From the NCBI GenBank assembly GCA_039810425.1, contig JBDHWW010000021.1, positions 1 to 60,064 on the forward strand: a stretch of 60,064 bases of DNA, read 5' to 3'. This DNA is from Pseudobdellovibrionaceae bacterium. GTDB taxonomy: Bacteria > Bdellovibrionota > Bdellovibrionia > Bdellovibrionales > Bdellovibrionaceae. Both the position numbers and the translations under genes were made by a program. This document shows, piece after piece, positions 45,452-54,417 of the stretch. Within the stretch, counting starts at the first letter, position 1. The number at the start of each line of letters is the position of its first letter. Below the pieces are notes generated by a model. The model did no database searches. It was not told the DNA's origin and saw nothing but the letters and a program-made list of their open reading frames with translations.

Positions 45452-46276
45452 TTGAAATACACACTACTTATTGCCCTAAGTTTAGGCTTATCGGCTTGTT
45501 CTTTATTTACGCCAAAAAGAGTCGTGGAAGTGGTGCCGAGCTGCTTTAGTGACGGCGAAGACCAAACAAAAATATGCAAGGCCCAGCGAGTGAACGAAGA
45601 TTCGAGAATCATCATCACGCGTTGCATCGGTATGCGGAATCGCGAGGCGAATCCCGGGCTCCGCGGAAAGTGTGTTGAAAAAATCTGCACGGAAGGCTCC
45701 AATACGGACTGCTCTGTAAAAGGTGACGTTCGTGTGCTTGAGCAATATGCTGAACTCGTGACTTCAAATATGTTTGCTGACGGTGACTCCGCACCGACCC
45801 CAAAAAAGCATGTGGTCAAAGAAAAGAAATTAAATTCTAAAGCTGCAAAAGCCTCCGCCAATGCCACCCAAGTTCCCGCGGCGGCGCCGGCAACGGTTGC
45901 GTCTGTCGGTGAGGTGGATACGGATCCTTCGGCGGTTTTGCCACCCATGCCAGAGAAAAAAGTGGCGGTAGAGGTGGCCGCAGCTCCGGCGCCGAAGTTC
46001 ACTAAAGAAGAAGCGGCGGCACCCGCGATGTCAATTGCTTTGAAGCCGGCAAAATCCGTTAAGAAAAAAATAGCGGCAGCATCGTCCACGGCTCGCGCGA
46101 TTGCGAGTGTGAAAGGCGACGAGGGCTTTAAGAAAGTCTGTGTCGCGAAGAGCGACTCTTCCGCACCAGAGAGCCTTCGTGGGAAGTGTGCCACCCGCAA
46201 TTGTAGCAGTGGTAAGTGCAGTTACAAAGGCCGCAAAGAGATGTTCGACTATGTGGCTCGCGGCGAAGCCGGGTGA
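45452..46276 (+). CDS. Lipoprotein with two Cys-rich repeats and an Ala/Lys/Pro linker
   Basis: AGGAG SD + TTG, lipobox LSAC, LRGKC twice. Confidence 0.8.
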   Translation: MKYTLLIALSLGLSACSLFTPKRVVEVVPSCFSDGEDQTKICKAQRVNEDSRIIITRCIGMRNREANPGLRGKCVEKICTEGSNTDCSVKGDVRVLEQYAELVTSNMFADGDSAPTPKKHVVKEKKLNSKAAKASANATQVPAAAPATVASVGEVDTDPSAVLPPMPEKKVAVEVAAAPAPKFTKEEAAAPAMSIALKPAKSVKKKIAAASSTARAIASVKGDEGFKKVCVAKSDSSAPESLRGKCATRNCSSGKCSYKGRKEMFDYVARGEAG

Positions 46277-46363
46277 AGTCTCAAAAAATCTGCGTGTTTA
46301 AGAATGCGGTCCGTGTAGAGCCTTGCTTGCGCCGGGCTTCTATTGGAACCCAAGGTCCTGAAC

Positions 46364-48697
46364 TCAACCGGTCGCCATCATGCCGCTGGAAATCCCAGCG
46401 ACGGTGACCCGTAGGAGATTGGCATCCTTGGACTTCATGGCGAGTATTTGCAATAAATTCAGCGGGTGGATCATCGGTGAGCGCAGGCGAATGGACTCAT
46501 CCAGCCAAGCGCGGGCTTTTAGAAAATCCCGCGTCCCTAAGATCGCGACAGCACAGCGGCAGGCTTTCTCGTGTTCGCTCGAAAAGTCCTGCCAAGCCTG
46601 AGCTTTTTCATTACGGCTGAGTACACTTTCTTCGAGATACATTTTCCAGACGGCGAGTTCCGATTTCGCCAGCGTCAAACCTAGCACATTCATGTAAGTT
46701 TTAAAAACTGGATGGGTTTGGTAGGCGCGCTTTAGCGCCCGGCGCTCTGCAGGGCTTGATTCCTCCCAAGCACTGCCAAGGCCCCACCAGACGGGGAAGA
46801 GGATGCGGGTTTGGGTCCAGCACATGATCCATGGTATTGCACGAAGACCCGAAACAGAAATCGAAGCGGCTCGTTTTGTCGGGCGCGAGCCGATTTTAAT
46901 CAGACTTAAAAAACTATACGGCGTTGCTTTTTCAACCACCCGCAAAAAACCGGCTGAGGCGACTTGGGATTCGTAGTGTTGGGCGACCTTGCCTGCAAAC
47001 TCATCGACGGCCTGAACTTTGACGAGCCTTCTTTTTTCAGCCTTCTTCCATTGGCCGGCATGATAGGCGATCTTTTCAAGCTGTCCCCAAGTAATTTCCG
47101 AGTTGGCGAGACTGCGTTCCACCATTTCGCCCTGAGTGGTGACTTTATAGTTCTTCAAAGAAGAGGAGGACCACCACGAAGTTTGCTCTTCGATCGTCCC
47201 GCCGCCGCGATCACTGCTGCCACCGGAGCCTTGGAAGAACTGCGCTTGGACCTTCTTTTTACGGCAGAAATCCTCGAGTGCATACATGGTCTCAGCCACC
47301 TTTAAACGGCTTGGCAGAACACCACTTTCTTTGGAGCTATCCGAGTAGCCGAGCATGATTTCAAGATGATTGTTCCAGTATTTTTTCAGCGCGTGATGAA
47401 GTTCAGGGTCTTTCAGCATTTCGCCCGCGATAGCGACCGCTTTGTCTTGCGCATGGGCTTGTTCAAACAGCGGCACGATGGGAAGGTACAGCCCTCCCAG
47501 ATTTTTTTTCACAAGAAAGGCCGCCGTTTTCACATGGGCGATTGTATCCGCCATACTGATAATGAACTCGCCGACGTAGCAGCGTGGCTTTGCGCCGCGA
47601 GATATCCGCGCGAGCGTCTTTAACATCCTGTCAATCGCAAGGCCGCGGCCCGTGGGACTCGACATCAAAAGGTCCGAGGACTCGCGGAACTCAAGGGGCA
47701 CCACCAAGGCCGGAAACATTTCTAGCAGCCCGTGAATTTCCTCAAGTTCCGGATGAGGGCTTCCGAGGGTTTTCATATAAAGCGTCATCAAACTTCGCAG
47801 AGCTTTGTCAACTTTCATCACGCGGCCACCATCGCCGGTGCTGACGTGCTCGATGCTGCGGAGAAGTTTGTTAAATTGATGAAGGCGGTTTTTGAGTTCC
47901 TTGTAGGGCGTGCCTTCAAGGATTTGTAAAGCCGAATGCAGGCGCTTATGAATCAAAAGCAAAATCTTTCGGCGTGAGGCCTGCAGGCTTTCGACAAAGA
48001 CTGTCTCGTTAACCCCGGGATGGCCGTCTTTGTCGCCTCCGACCCAGCTCCGTACAAAAATCGGTGCAAGCTCGCGGCGGGCACGGAGCAGGGGACAGAG
48101 AGCTTCGTCCCGCAGCAATGTCGAGAAGATGTGCTCCGCCTCGTCCCGCACTTGCGGCTTATGAGTGCGCACCATCGAGGTGTCCCAGGCCACCGCAAAG
48201 AGATGACTTAAGATCCGGCGGTCATTGTCTTGCAGCTCGGTATGGGGCCGAGCCAGTACCTCGGTCAGAACACGCAGTACATGATGAAAGATCAAAATAT
48301 TCTGCGGAGCCCGGGCCTCGGTGGGATGCGCTGTCAGGACAAAAATAACAGACTCGGGTTTGTTTTCAGAAACCAGGGGTCGTGTCAGTGTCCGTTCGCG
48401 AATGCGGAAACTGCGGTAGGCATTCTCACAAGTGTTCATCACTTCGAGCATCAGCGCAAAGGCCTGGGCGGTTTCGATCTTTTCCTGGCTGCTGCTTTTT
48501 GCCAGTTGCCGGTAGGTGCGCTGAAGTGTTTTAAACTCAGCGTCTCTTTGTCGGCCGCGCAGGGATTCCATGCTCCGGCGTAAATTCTCGATACGCCGGA
48601 ATTTTTGAGGGCCGACTTTTTGCTGCAACACCTCGCCGAAGAGAGCGACGGTTTCTTTGACAAGATGTCGTAGTACAGGGGAGAGATCAGAAATCAT
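46364..48697 (-). CDS. ppc: Phosphoenolpyruvate carboxylase (short, divergent)
   Basis: VLTAHPTE, PLFE, MLGYSDSSKESG, GSRP, LRAIPW, C-terminal ATG. Confidence 0.9.
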   Translation of the reverse strand: MISDLSPVLRHLVKETVALFGEVLQQKVGPQKFRRIENLRRSMESLRGRQRDAEFKTLQRTYRQLAKSSSQEKIETAQAFALMLEVMNTCENAYRSFRIRERTLTRPLVSENKPESVIFVLTAHPTEARAPQNILIFHHVLRVLTEVLARPHTELQDNDRRILSHLFAVAWDTSMVRTHKPQVRDEAEHIFSTLLRDEALCPLLRARRELAPIFVRSWVGGDKDGHPGVNETVFVESLQASRRKILLLIHKRLHSALQILEGTPYKELKNRLHQFNKLLRSIEHVSTGDGGRVMKVDKALRSLMTLYMKTLGSPHPELEEIHGLLEMFPALVVPLEFRESSDLLMSSPTGRGLAIDRMLKTLARISRGAKPRCYVGEFIISMADTIAHVKTAAFLVKKNLGGLYLPIVPLFEQAHAQDKAVAIAGEMLKDPELHHALKKYWNNHLEIMLGYSDSSKESGVLPSRLKVAETMYALEDFCRKKKVQAQFFQGSGGSSDRGGGTIEEQTSWWSSSSLKNYKVTTQGEMVERSLANSEITWGQLEKIAYHAGQWKKAEKRRLVKVQAVDEFAGKVAQHYESQVASAGFLRVVEKATPYSFLSLIKIGSRPTKRAASISVSGLRAIPWIMCWTQTRILFPVWWGLGSAWEESSPAERRALKRAYQTHPVFKTYMNVLGLTLAKSELAVWKMYLEESVLSRNEKAQAWQDFSSEHEKACRCAVAILGTRDFLKARAWLDESIRLRSPMIHPLNLLQILAMKSKDANLLRVTVAGISSGMMATG

Positions 48698-48907
48698 AGG
48701 GCCTCCACCTGCTTTTTATACCGTCTGCGTGGGGAGACGTCATGCGAAGTTTTGCCGAACGAGAAGGCGAAAACCAAAAGGGCTTACAAGTGGTAAATGG
48801 CGGTAAGCTAGAGGCCCTGACTGCTAGCATCGATTTATCAAAGTCTTCTAAGTACTGGGAATAAGAAAGCACAACGTCGTCCATGAGTGATTTGGCACTT
48901 GGTTTAG

Positions 48908-49175
48908 TGTAAGTACATTCACCAGGAATTTGTGGGTGCCTTCCCGAGCGTGGTTGTTGGCAGAATGCTGGATTTTCTCATTCACAATGATCTCTGTAAG
49001 TTCGTCGATGGACGACTGACTTGTGGACCGCAGAAAACCCATGTCTCTTTCTGCGGAAGCAGCCCGTGAAATCCATCAGCAGCTGCCAAAAGTTGTTGAG
49101 AAGGTGATGGGAATTTCCGGACCTTCTGATTCTGAAGTGGTATTTTGGTTTAACTTGGACTGGTTTGCGTATTAG
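48908..49175 (+). pseudogene. TIGR02147/DUF4423-family remnant with internal deletion and frameshift
   Basis: One frame reads MLDFLIHNDLCKFVDGRLTCGPQKTHV; another from 49038 reads PMSLSAEAAREI...SDSEVVFWFNLDWFAY*. Confidence 0.65.
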
Positions 49176-49199
49176 TATAAATCCATCTGGGAAGAAACT

Positions 49200-49700
49200 A
49201 TGAACGGGATTTTAGATTACCTCTACTGGATTGAAGAACTTCTGCCGCCGGGCCTGGAGGCCACGCCTAAGCATGGGGGTATGGCCTATTTCATGGATCA
49301 GAAAATGGTTCTCATCCTGGTGGAAGAGCGTAACGGGACCAATGAACACAAGGGCGTTGTCTATCCGTTTGAAATCTGGAACGGCGCGATCTTTCCGATT
49401 GAGTATAAGAAACAAAGCGCGTTTTTCATGAAGTACTCTTTCCTAGAAAATCATCCGGCCAACAAAGACTGGCTCTATATTCCGGCAAACACGGATTCTT
49501 TCGAAGAAGAAGTCCGCCTAATGATTCGCGAAATCAATAAGCACAATCCTTTGCTGGGGACCCCGGTGAAATTCAAAGCTCCACCGAAGGAAAAGACGGC
49601 GGAAGCAAAACCGAAAAAGAAAGTCGCACCCAAGACGGTGAAGGCCGATAAAAAACGCGAGAATAATTTTATTCTCGCGATGGTCAACAAGAGGAAATAA
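49200..49700 (+). CDS. Hypothetical protein (possibly TfoX-like) with a basic tail
   Basis: KHGGMAYF...WNG...HP..K.WLYIP...FEE; 166 aa. Confidence 0.65.
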   Translation: MNGILDYLYWIEELLPPGLEATPKHGGMAYFMDQKMVLILVEERNGTNEHKGVVYPFEIWNGAIFPIEYKKQSAFFMKYSFLENHPANKDWLYIPANTDSFEEEVRLMIREINKHNPLLGTPVKFKAPPKEKTAEAKPKKKVAPKTVKADKKRENNFILAMVNKRK

Positions 49701-50005
49701 GTAAGGGTCGAAATTATTTTCAATCTGATTGGTCCAATGCCCCTCATCGCAGTAACCGGGAGCATAGACGACCTCTAACTTTATGCGATCAGGATCTTCA
49801 AAGCAAACGGTATAATAGCTATCATCTCCGACGGGGTGTTCTTCATAGAGACAAGCAATTTCATTTTTCAGAAGCGTGCTCTTTGTAAAGTGATCGACCT
49901 CTTGTTTTGAGGTTGCATTGAAAGCAATATGATTAAGCCGGTGCGTATGGTTGTCAATATGGCGTAGTTTGAAACGTTGATTTCGATATGGCTTAGTTTG
50001 CTCAT
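49700..50005 (-). pseudogene. VOC/glyoxalase-family pseudogene
   Basis: ATG 50005 gives MSKLSHIEINVSNY; a different frame gives LNHIAF..SKQEVD...YYTVCFEDPDRIKLEVV. The middle is missing. Confidence 0.75.
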
Positions 50006-50038
50006 TTCCTATTATCTGCCTTCTATCTTTTTATAGTG

Positions 50039-51598
50039 TTAAAATACTTTTGATAACCATACCTGGTCTTTGTCGTGAACTCGCTGATAACCGACTTTTT
50101 CGTAAAGCCTTCGGGCGGGGACTTTCTGTTCATCCACTTTGAGGAAAACCGTTTCAATACCATTCACTTTAAGCTCTTCATGAATGGAGGTCAAAAGTGC
50201 AAGAGCACTTCCTCGTCTAAGAAAAACTGAATTTGTGGCAATTCTATTGATCTCAGCACTATTACCATACTTATAAACCTGGGCGGCAGAGGCGATTTTA
50301 GAATCTAGGTGGTGGATGTAGACATTCTCGCTTCTGATCCAATTTAGAACCTCTTCTTCGGTTACTTCATGAAGATTCTCAATCGCATTTTTTATTTGAG
50401 CGGCATCCTCAACCTGTGCCTTATGAGCAGCGATAGATTGGCTCAAATTCAATAAGTTCATTTGATAATGGAGAAATGTCTCGATCCGATCTTTGAATCC
50501 GATTTCCTTAATGAGTTTAATTAGTTCCACGTCACTAGAAGGAATTTCAAAACGAAGTCTAAAGCCTTTATTGAAGGAGGTATGCTGAATGAACGCCTCA
50601 AGAAGTAATTCCGCGATAGCAATTTTAGTGGGGGAATCTGTAAGGTCTATAAATAGCTCAACGGTTCCCCAGTTGCCTTGAGGAAAACATCTTATGAAGC
50701 CAATAGGGTCGTTTTCTTTACAGATATAAAACCAGTTCATTGGCATTATTGAATTAAAGTATTCTAATTCATCCTCTAGGCCGATGTCATAGCCAGCGGA
50801 TTTGTCTAGTAATGGTTTGAGTTTGGAAAGATCCGCAGATTCAAATTTATTAATGCTATAAGCAGATAGGCGGTCTCCTGACTTTAAAAGTTGCGCAGAG
50901 TCCACAATTAGAATATCGCCAATGCGCTCAGTGGCTTTCCGATAGAGCGCGCCATTTTTGTCACAAACAATAGAGCATCCCTGTTGTGTGTCGGGAGGCA
51001 GTTTGTGTTCAGGATGAGTTCCAAAATTTATTTGGATAATCGGTTTTCCAAGTTTTCTCAAGCGTGGCATGATTTTGTGATCATCGGTCCATTGAAATGG
51101 TTTATTCCATCCCCAGTATCCGGGCCAAAGAATCAACTCCGCGTCAGATATTTCAGAAAATATTTGATCATCATGAATTTCACGGCAAAAGAAAACTCCT
51201 ATGGATCTTTCTTTAAATGAGAAAACTCTTCTTAAAGAAGACCCATCTTTGAAAAATAACTTCTCTGAATCTGTAAGACCTGTTTTGTGGATTTCAATAT
51301 TGTGTTCTGGCGACAAGAAATAAGCCCCGTTAATCACGCCGATTTTATTGGGAATCGCCGTCGGTATAAGTACGCCGATGTTGAGATGTATACTGGCCTC
51401 TTGAATTTTCTTAAGGCCGGATAAAATTGTGTCTGTGGGAATCTCTTTGACCCTGGCTGAAAATCCGGTGAGGGCACACTCCGGAAATGCAACTAGGTCA
51501 GCACCTAAATCTTTGGCTTGGGAGATTAAGTGTAGAATATCCTCCGTGTTTGCGGACGTTTTGACGTCATTTGATGTCTGAATGGCAGCAATTTTCAT
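50039..51598 (-). CDS. Carbon-nitrogen hydrolase (nitrilase superfamily) fused to tandem GNAT domains
   Basis: MKIAAIQ, LVAFPE, HK, FFCRE triad; C-terminal IATNSVFLRRGSA and ARRLYEKVGY. Confidence 0.8.
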   Translation of the reverse strand: MKIAAIQTSNDVKTSANTEDILHLISQAKDLGADLVAFPECALTGFSARVKEIPTDTILSGLKKIQEASIHLNIGVLIPTAIPNKIGVINGAYFLSPEHNIEIHKTGLTDSEKLFFKDGSSLRRVFSFKERSIGVFFCREIHDDQIFSEISDAELILWPGYWGWNKPFQWTDDHKIMPRLRKLGKPIIQINFGTHPEHKLPPDTQQGCSIVCDKNGALYRKATERIGDILIVDSAQLLKSGDRLSAYSINKFESADLSKLKPLLDKSAGYDIGLEDELEYFNSIMPMNWFYICKENDPIGFIRCFPQGNWGTVELFIDLTDSPTKIAIAELLLEAFIQHTSFNKGFRLRFEIPSSDVELIKLIKEIGFKDRIETFLHYQMNLLNLSQSIAAHKAQVEDAAQIKNAIENLHEVTEEEVLNWIRSENVYIHHLDSKIASAAQVYKYGNSAEINRIATNSVFLRRGSALALLTSIHEELKVNGIETVFLKVDEQKVPARRLYEKVGYQRVHDKDQVWLSKVF

Positions 51599-51785
51599 TA
51601 TAGTTCCTAAAATGACAAGAGGAGCGTCCTTCAAAAACCCAAATAATATTCAATTTCTCTCTTGCCAGTCATCGGAAATCCGCTTATTTTCAATGCATCA
51701 ATGGCTAATTAGTCTTCCAAAAATCCAGTTTTAGTTCCTTATCGCCTCCAGCGGAGGTCATTTCTTTTACTTTTTGGAGTTAGCT

Positions 51786-52445
51786 ATGAAAACAAGTTTT
51801 CACGAAGATTTTTATTCGTTCGCAAAGTACTACGATATCGCTTTTGATTTTAAAGATGTTCCTAAGGAATGTAATTTTATCGAGCAACTTTATTTAAAAC
51901 ATTCAAACAAGAATGGGACCTCCTTCATTGAGTTTGCCGCGGGGCCGGCTCTTCATGCTCTTGAGTTTGGAAAGCGAGGTTTGAATGTTGCTGCCGCGGA
52001 TCCTTCCGCGGAGATGGCAGCTTATGGACTACAAAAGGCTGAAAAGGCGGGTGTGCGGTTGAAGTATGATTGCGCTGACATGATTCACTATCGGTCATCG
52101 CAAAAGTATGACGTGGCTTCTATTCTGATGGATTCAACTTCTTACCTACTCACGAATGAGCAAGTCATAGTCCATTTTCAGTCGGTTGCCAAAATTCTGA
52201 ATCCAGGCGGTCTCTATGTTCTGGAAATGAGCCACCCACGGTCGGTTTTTCAAATATCTCAGTCAACAGTGTTGCCCCTTCAGGCTGCCGGATCCGATTT
52301 GAGTCTGTCGTTTGAATTTTTGCTTAATGATGGAAATGGATGGGGTTCTTTTTCCCGACGTAAGTTGTTGAAAACACTAATGTTAAATATGCGAATACTA
52401 CAAAATACTACGGCCCGGTGTGGAGCGGTCCTTGCTCTATGTTAG
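51786..52445 (+). pseudogene. Class I SAM-dependent methyltransferase, probably 3'-truncated near 52271
   Basis: YYDIAF, EFAAGPA, D.SAEM, ADM, LNPGGLYVLE; sequence after SQSTV looks non-coding. Confidence 0.6.
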
Positions 52446-52564
52446 GGCACGGGTAGTAGAGCTTTTTGAGCTTAGCTATAACCGCTTTGAGGTCATTTTT
52501 GTGTCATAAAACTGGCAGTGATGGGCCGTTTTATGGCATATTTGCCTCGCAAAAGGAGTTAGCC

Positions 52565-52810
52565 ATGTCCCAGGGTGAAGTTGAAAAATTCGAAGCCGGC
52601 GCCCCTGATCTGAAGAAGAGGCAGGCAGAACAAGAGCAGCAAATCCGCCAAGAGGTGGAGTCCACCTTTCCAGATATGGGCCCAGAGGCCCAAGAGGCTA
52701 TTATCCAGTCCCGTTTGAAGATCTTGAACAACCCTGGCCGTCCTACGCTCATTCAAGTAGATCTTGGAGAGGGCGCCAGCAAGAAAGCTAAGGACGATCT
52801 TTTTGAGTAA
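52565..52810 (+). CDS. Putative antitoxin (81 aa, acidic)
   Basis: AAGGAG SD, ATG 52565; stop overlaps the TTG start of the PIN gene. Confidence 0.6.
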   Translation: MSQGEVEKFEAGAPDLKKRQAEQEQQIRQEVESTFPDMGPEAQEAIIQSRLKILNNPGRPTLIQVDLGEGASKKAKDDLFE

Positions 52811-53252
52811 CCCACAAGCAGTGTTTTTTGATACTGGGGTGCTCATTGCCCTTTGTAACAAGTCAGAAAAGGCGATTGCAGAAGCCGCCATTGATCAAGT
52901 AGTGAAACTACCGCACGCGTCTCGCCATAGGGTCACTCCCTCATTGGTGGAGTTGTTTTATAAGTTGAGAAAAACCATTAGTCCTCACGACATTCAAAAA
53001 AACTTAGACTATTTAGGAATAACATTCCTTCCTGTCGACTCCGCGAAAGAGCAAGGTTTTTATAAAACTTTTTGTGACATTACTTACAAAAGTGAATTTG
53101 ATTATGCTGATTATTATCTTTGCCGAGCTGCTCTAATGTTTAAGCACTCGCTAGTATTAACGATTGATCGTGATGATCTTCCGCTTGCGCTGCGAAGAGC
53201 CCAAGAACATACCGGTTCCAAATCTCACACACAGTTGTTGCCACTTATTTAA
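52803..53252 (+). CDS. PIN-domain (VapC-like) ribonuclease toxin
   Basis: VFFDTGVLIA, SLVE, DYAD, LTIDRDD acidic tetrad. Confidence 0.85.
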   Translation: MSNPQAVFFDTGVLIALCNKSEKAIAEAAIDQVVKLPHASRHRVTPSLVELFYKLRKTISPHDIQKNLDYLGITFLPVDSAKEQGFYKTFCDITYKSEFDYADYYLCRAALMFKHSLVLTIDRDDLPLALRRAQEHTGSKSHTQLLPLI

Positions 53253-53253
53253 A

Positions 53254-54417
53254 TTATTTATTGTTGAGAAAATGAAAGGTCTTTTGAAGCTGTGCTATTG
53301 AGATCCGTTCTTGCTCCAGACGAAGCCTTGGCCCCCATAGGCCTTTTTTTAATCCGTCAAAGACATGATTTTCTTCGGGCTTAAGATGAGGGCATTCTCC
53401 TAAAAAGGGCTCCTGCTCCTCCACCCAAAAAGAGCGTCCATTTAACAGAGTGGCGGTGTCCATTAGCAGAGATTGAATATGCGGGAAGTATGCCCGCAGC
53501 TGCGACAAGATGGAGAAGCCGTGAGTGTCAATGTCGCCCCAGTAAAAAAACTCACACTGATGAAGCCAGGAAAGGTCTTTTAATAAAAGAGCCTTGTAGC
53601 CGAGTTCAAAAAAGACCGCAGAGTCAAAACTTGACGGAAATGTGAGGCCGGTCACTTTGTTTTCTACGATAAAAACTCTTTTCACGGGCAAGGGATTCTC
53701 TTGGAGAGCAGTCAAGGTGGTTTCGATGTCATGTAAACCGTGATAATTGTGAACCAGGTTTTGATCAAGTAAACGAAAGCGAAGACGGGGGGCTTCCTGG
53801 CGAAGACCATAAAGAGTTTCAAAGTCACTTACAGGGTGCGCTTTCTCCCCTTTGAGGAATTGAATCAGTTCCATCAGAATTTTTTTATTTTTTTCTATAA
53901 ACTTCGTATCGACGGATTCGACGTCAATCTGCCGCAAATGAAGTCCTGAAGAGGGGTTTTGCAGAAGAAAGTGACAAACTTTGAGAAGGTCGCGCCAGGC
54001 GTCTTTATGGTCTAAAATTTTAAGAGGGTGACGCAGAAAGAAATCTCTCAACGTTGGGAATTGGCCCTGGATCTGGCTCCATGATTGTTGAAATTCTTGG
54101 AACTCCGATTCTTTCTGAATCAACTGAAGATAGATTTCCCGTCGGGAAATTATGATGGCCTCGGGGACGGATTGAGTGCCCTTTTGTCGATGACTGACGC
54201 TGGCATAAGTTACCATCATCCCCCAGGATTCGCTCAGTTTGGCCAGCTCCGCAAATTCCTCGCGCAATCTGGTAAAGTGTTGGCTCACGTCCTGAGAGGA
54301 AATTCTCGGGAGAGGAATACGTAGGGGAAAGATCTGGTTGTCACAAAGGTAATCGCTTAAGAGCTTTTTAAAGCTATAATTTTTTTGCACGCGCGTGCGC
54401 AGTTCATTGAGGTTCAA
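53254..54417 (-). CDS. jetD: Wadjet nuclease JetD (DUF3322 + TOPRIM DUF2220)
   Basis: LRQIDV.SVDTKFIE, FIVENK, YWGDIDTHGF.IL..LR, RLEQERI. Confidence 0.92.
   Translation of the reverse strand: MNLNELRTRVQKNYSFKKLLSDYLCDNQIFPLRIPLPRISSQDVSQHFTRLREEFAELAKLSESWGMMVTYASVSHRQKGTQSVPEAIIISRREIYLQLIQKESEFQEFQQSWSQIQGQFPTLRDFFLRHPLKILDHKDAWRDLLKVCHFLLQNPSSGLHLRQIDVESVDTKFIEKNKKILMELIQFLKGEKAHPVSDFETLYGLRQEAPRLRFRLLDQNLVHNYHGLHDIETTLTALQENPLPVKRVFIVENKVTGLTFPSSFDSAVFFELGYKALLLKDLSWLHQCEFFYWGDIDTHGFSILSQLRAYFPHIQSLLMDTATLLNGRSFWVEEQEPFLGECPHLKPEENHVFDGLKKGLWGPRLRLEQERISIAQLQKTFHFLNNK

Noticed and set aside
45436..46200. 254-aa minus-strand ORF
   Set aside because: Shadow of the low-complexity lipoprotein, which has the SD and lipobox.
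48742..48864. 40-codon ORF MRSFAEREGENQ...
   Set aside because: Has a possible SD but no recognisable homology; cannot be supported.
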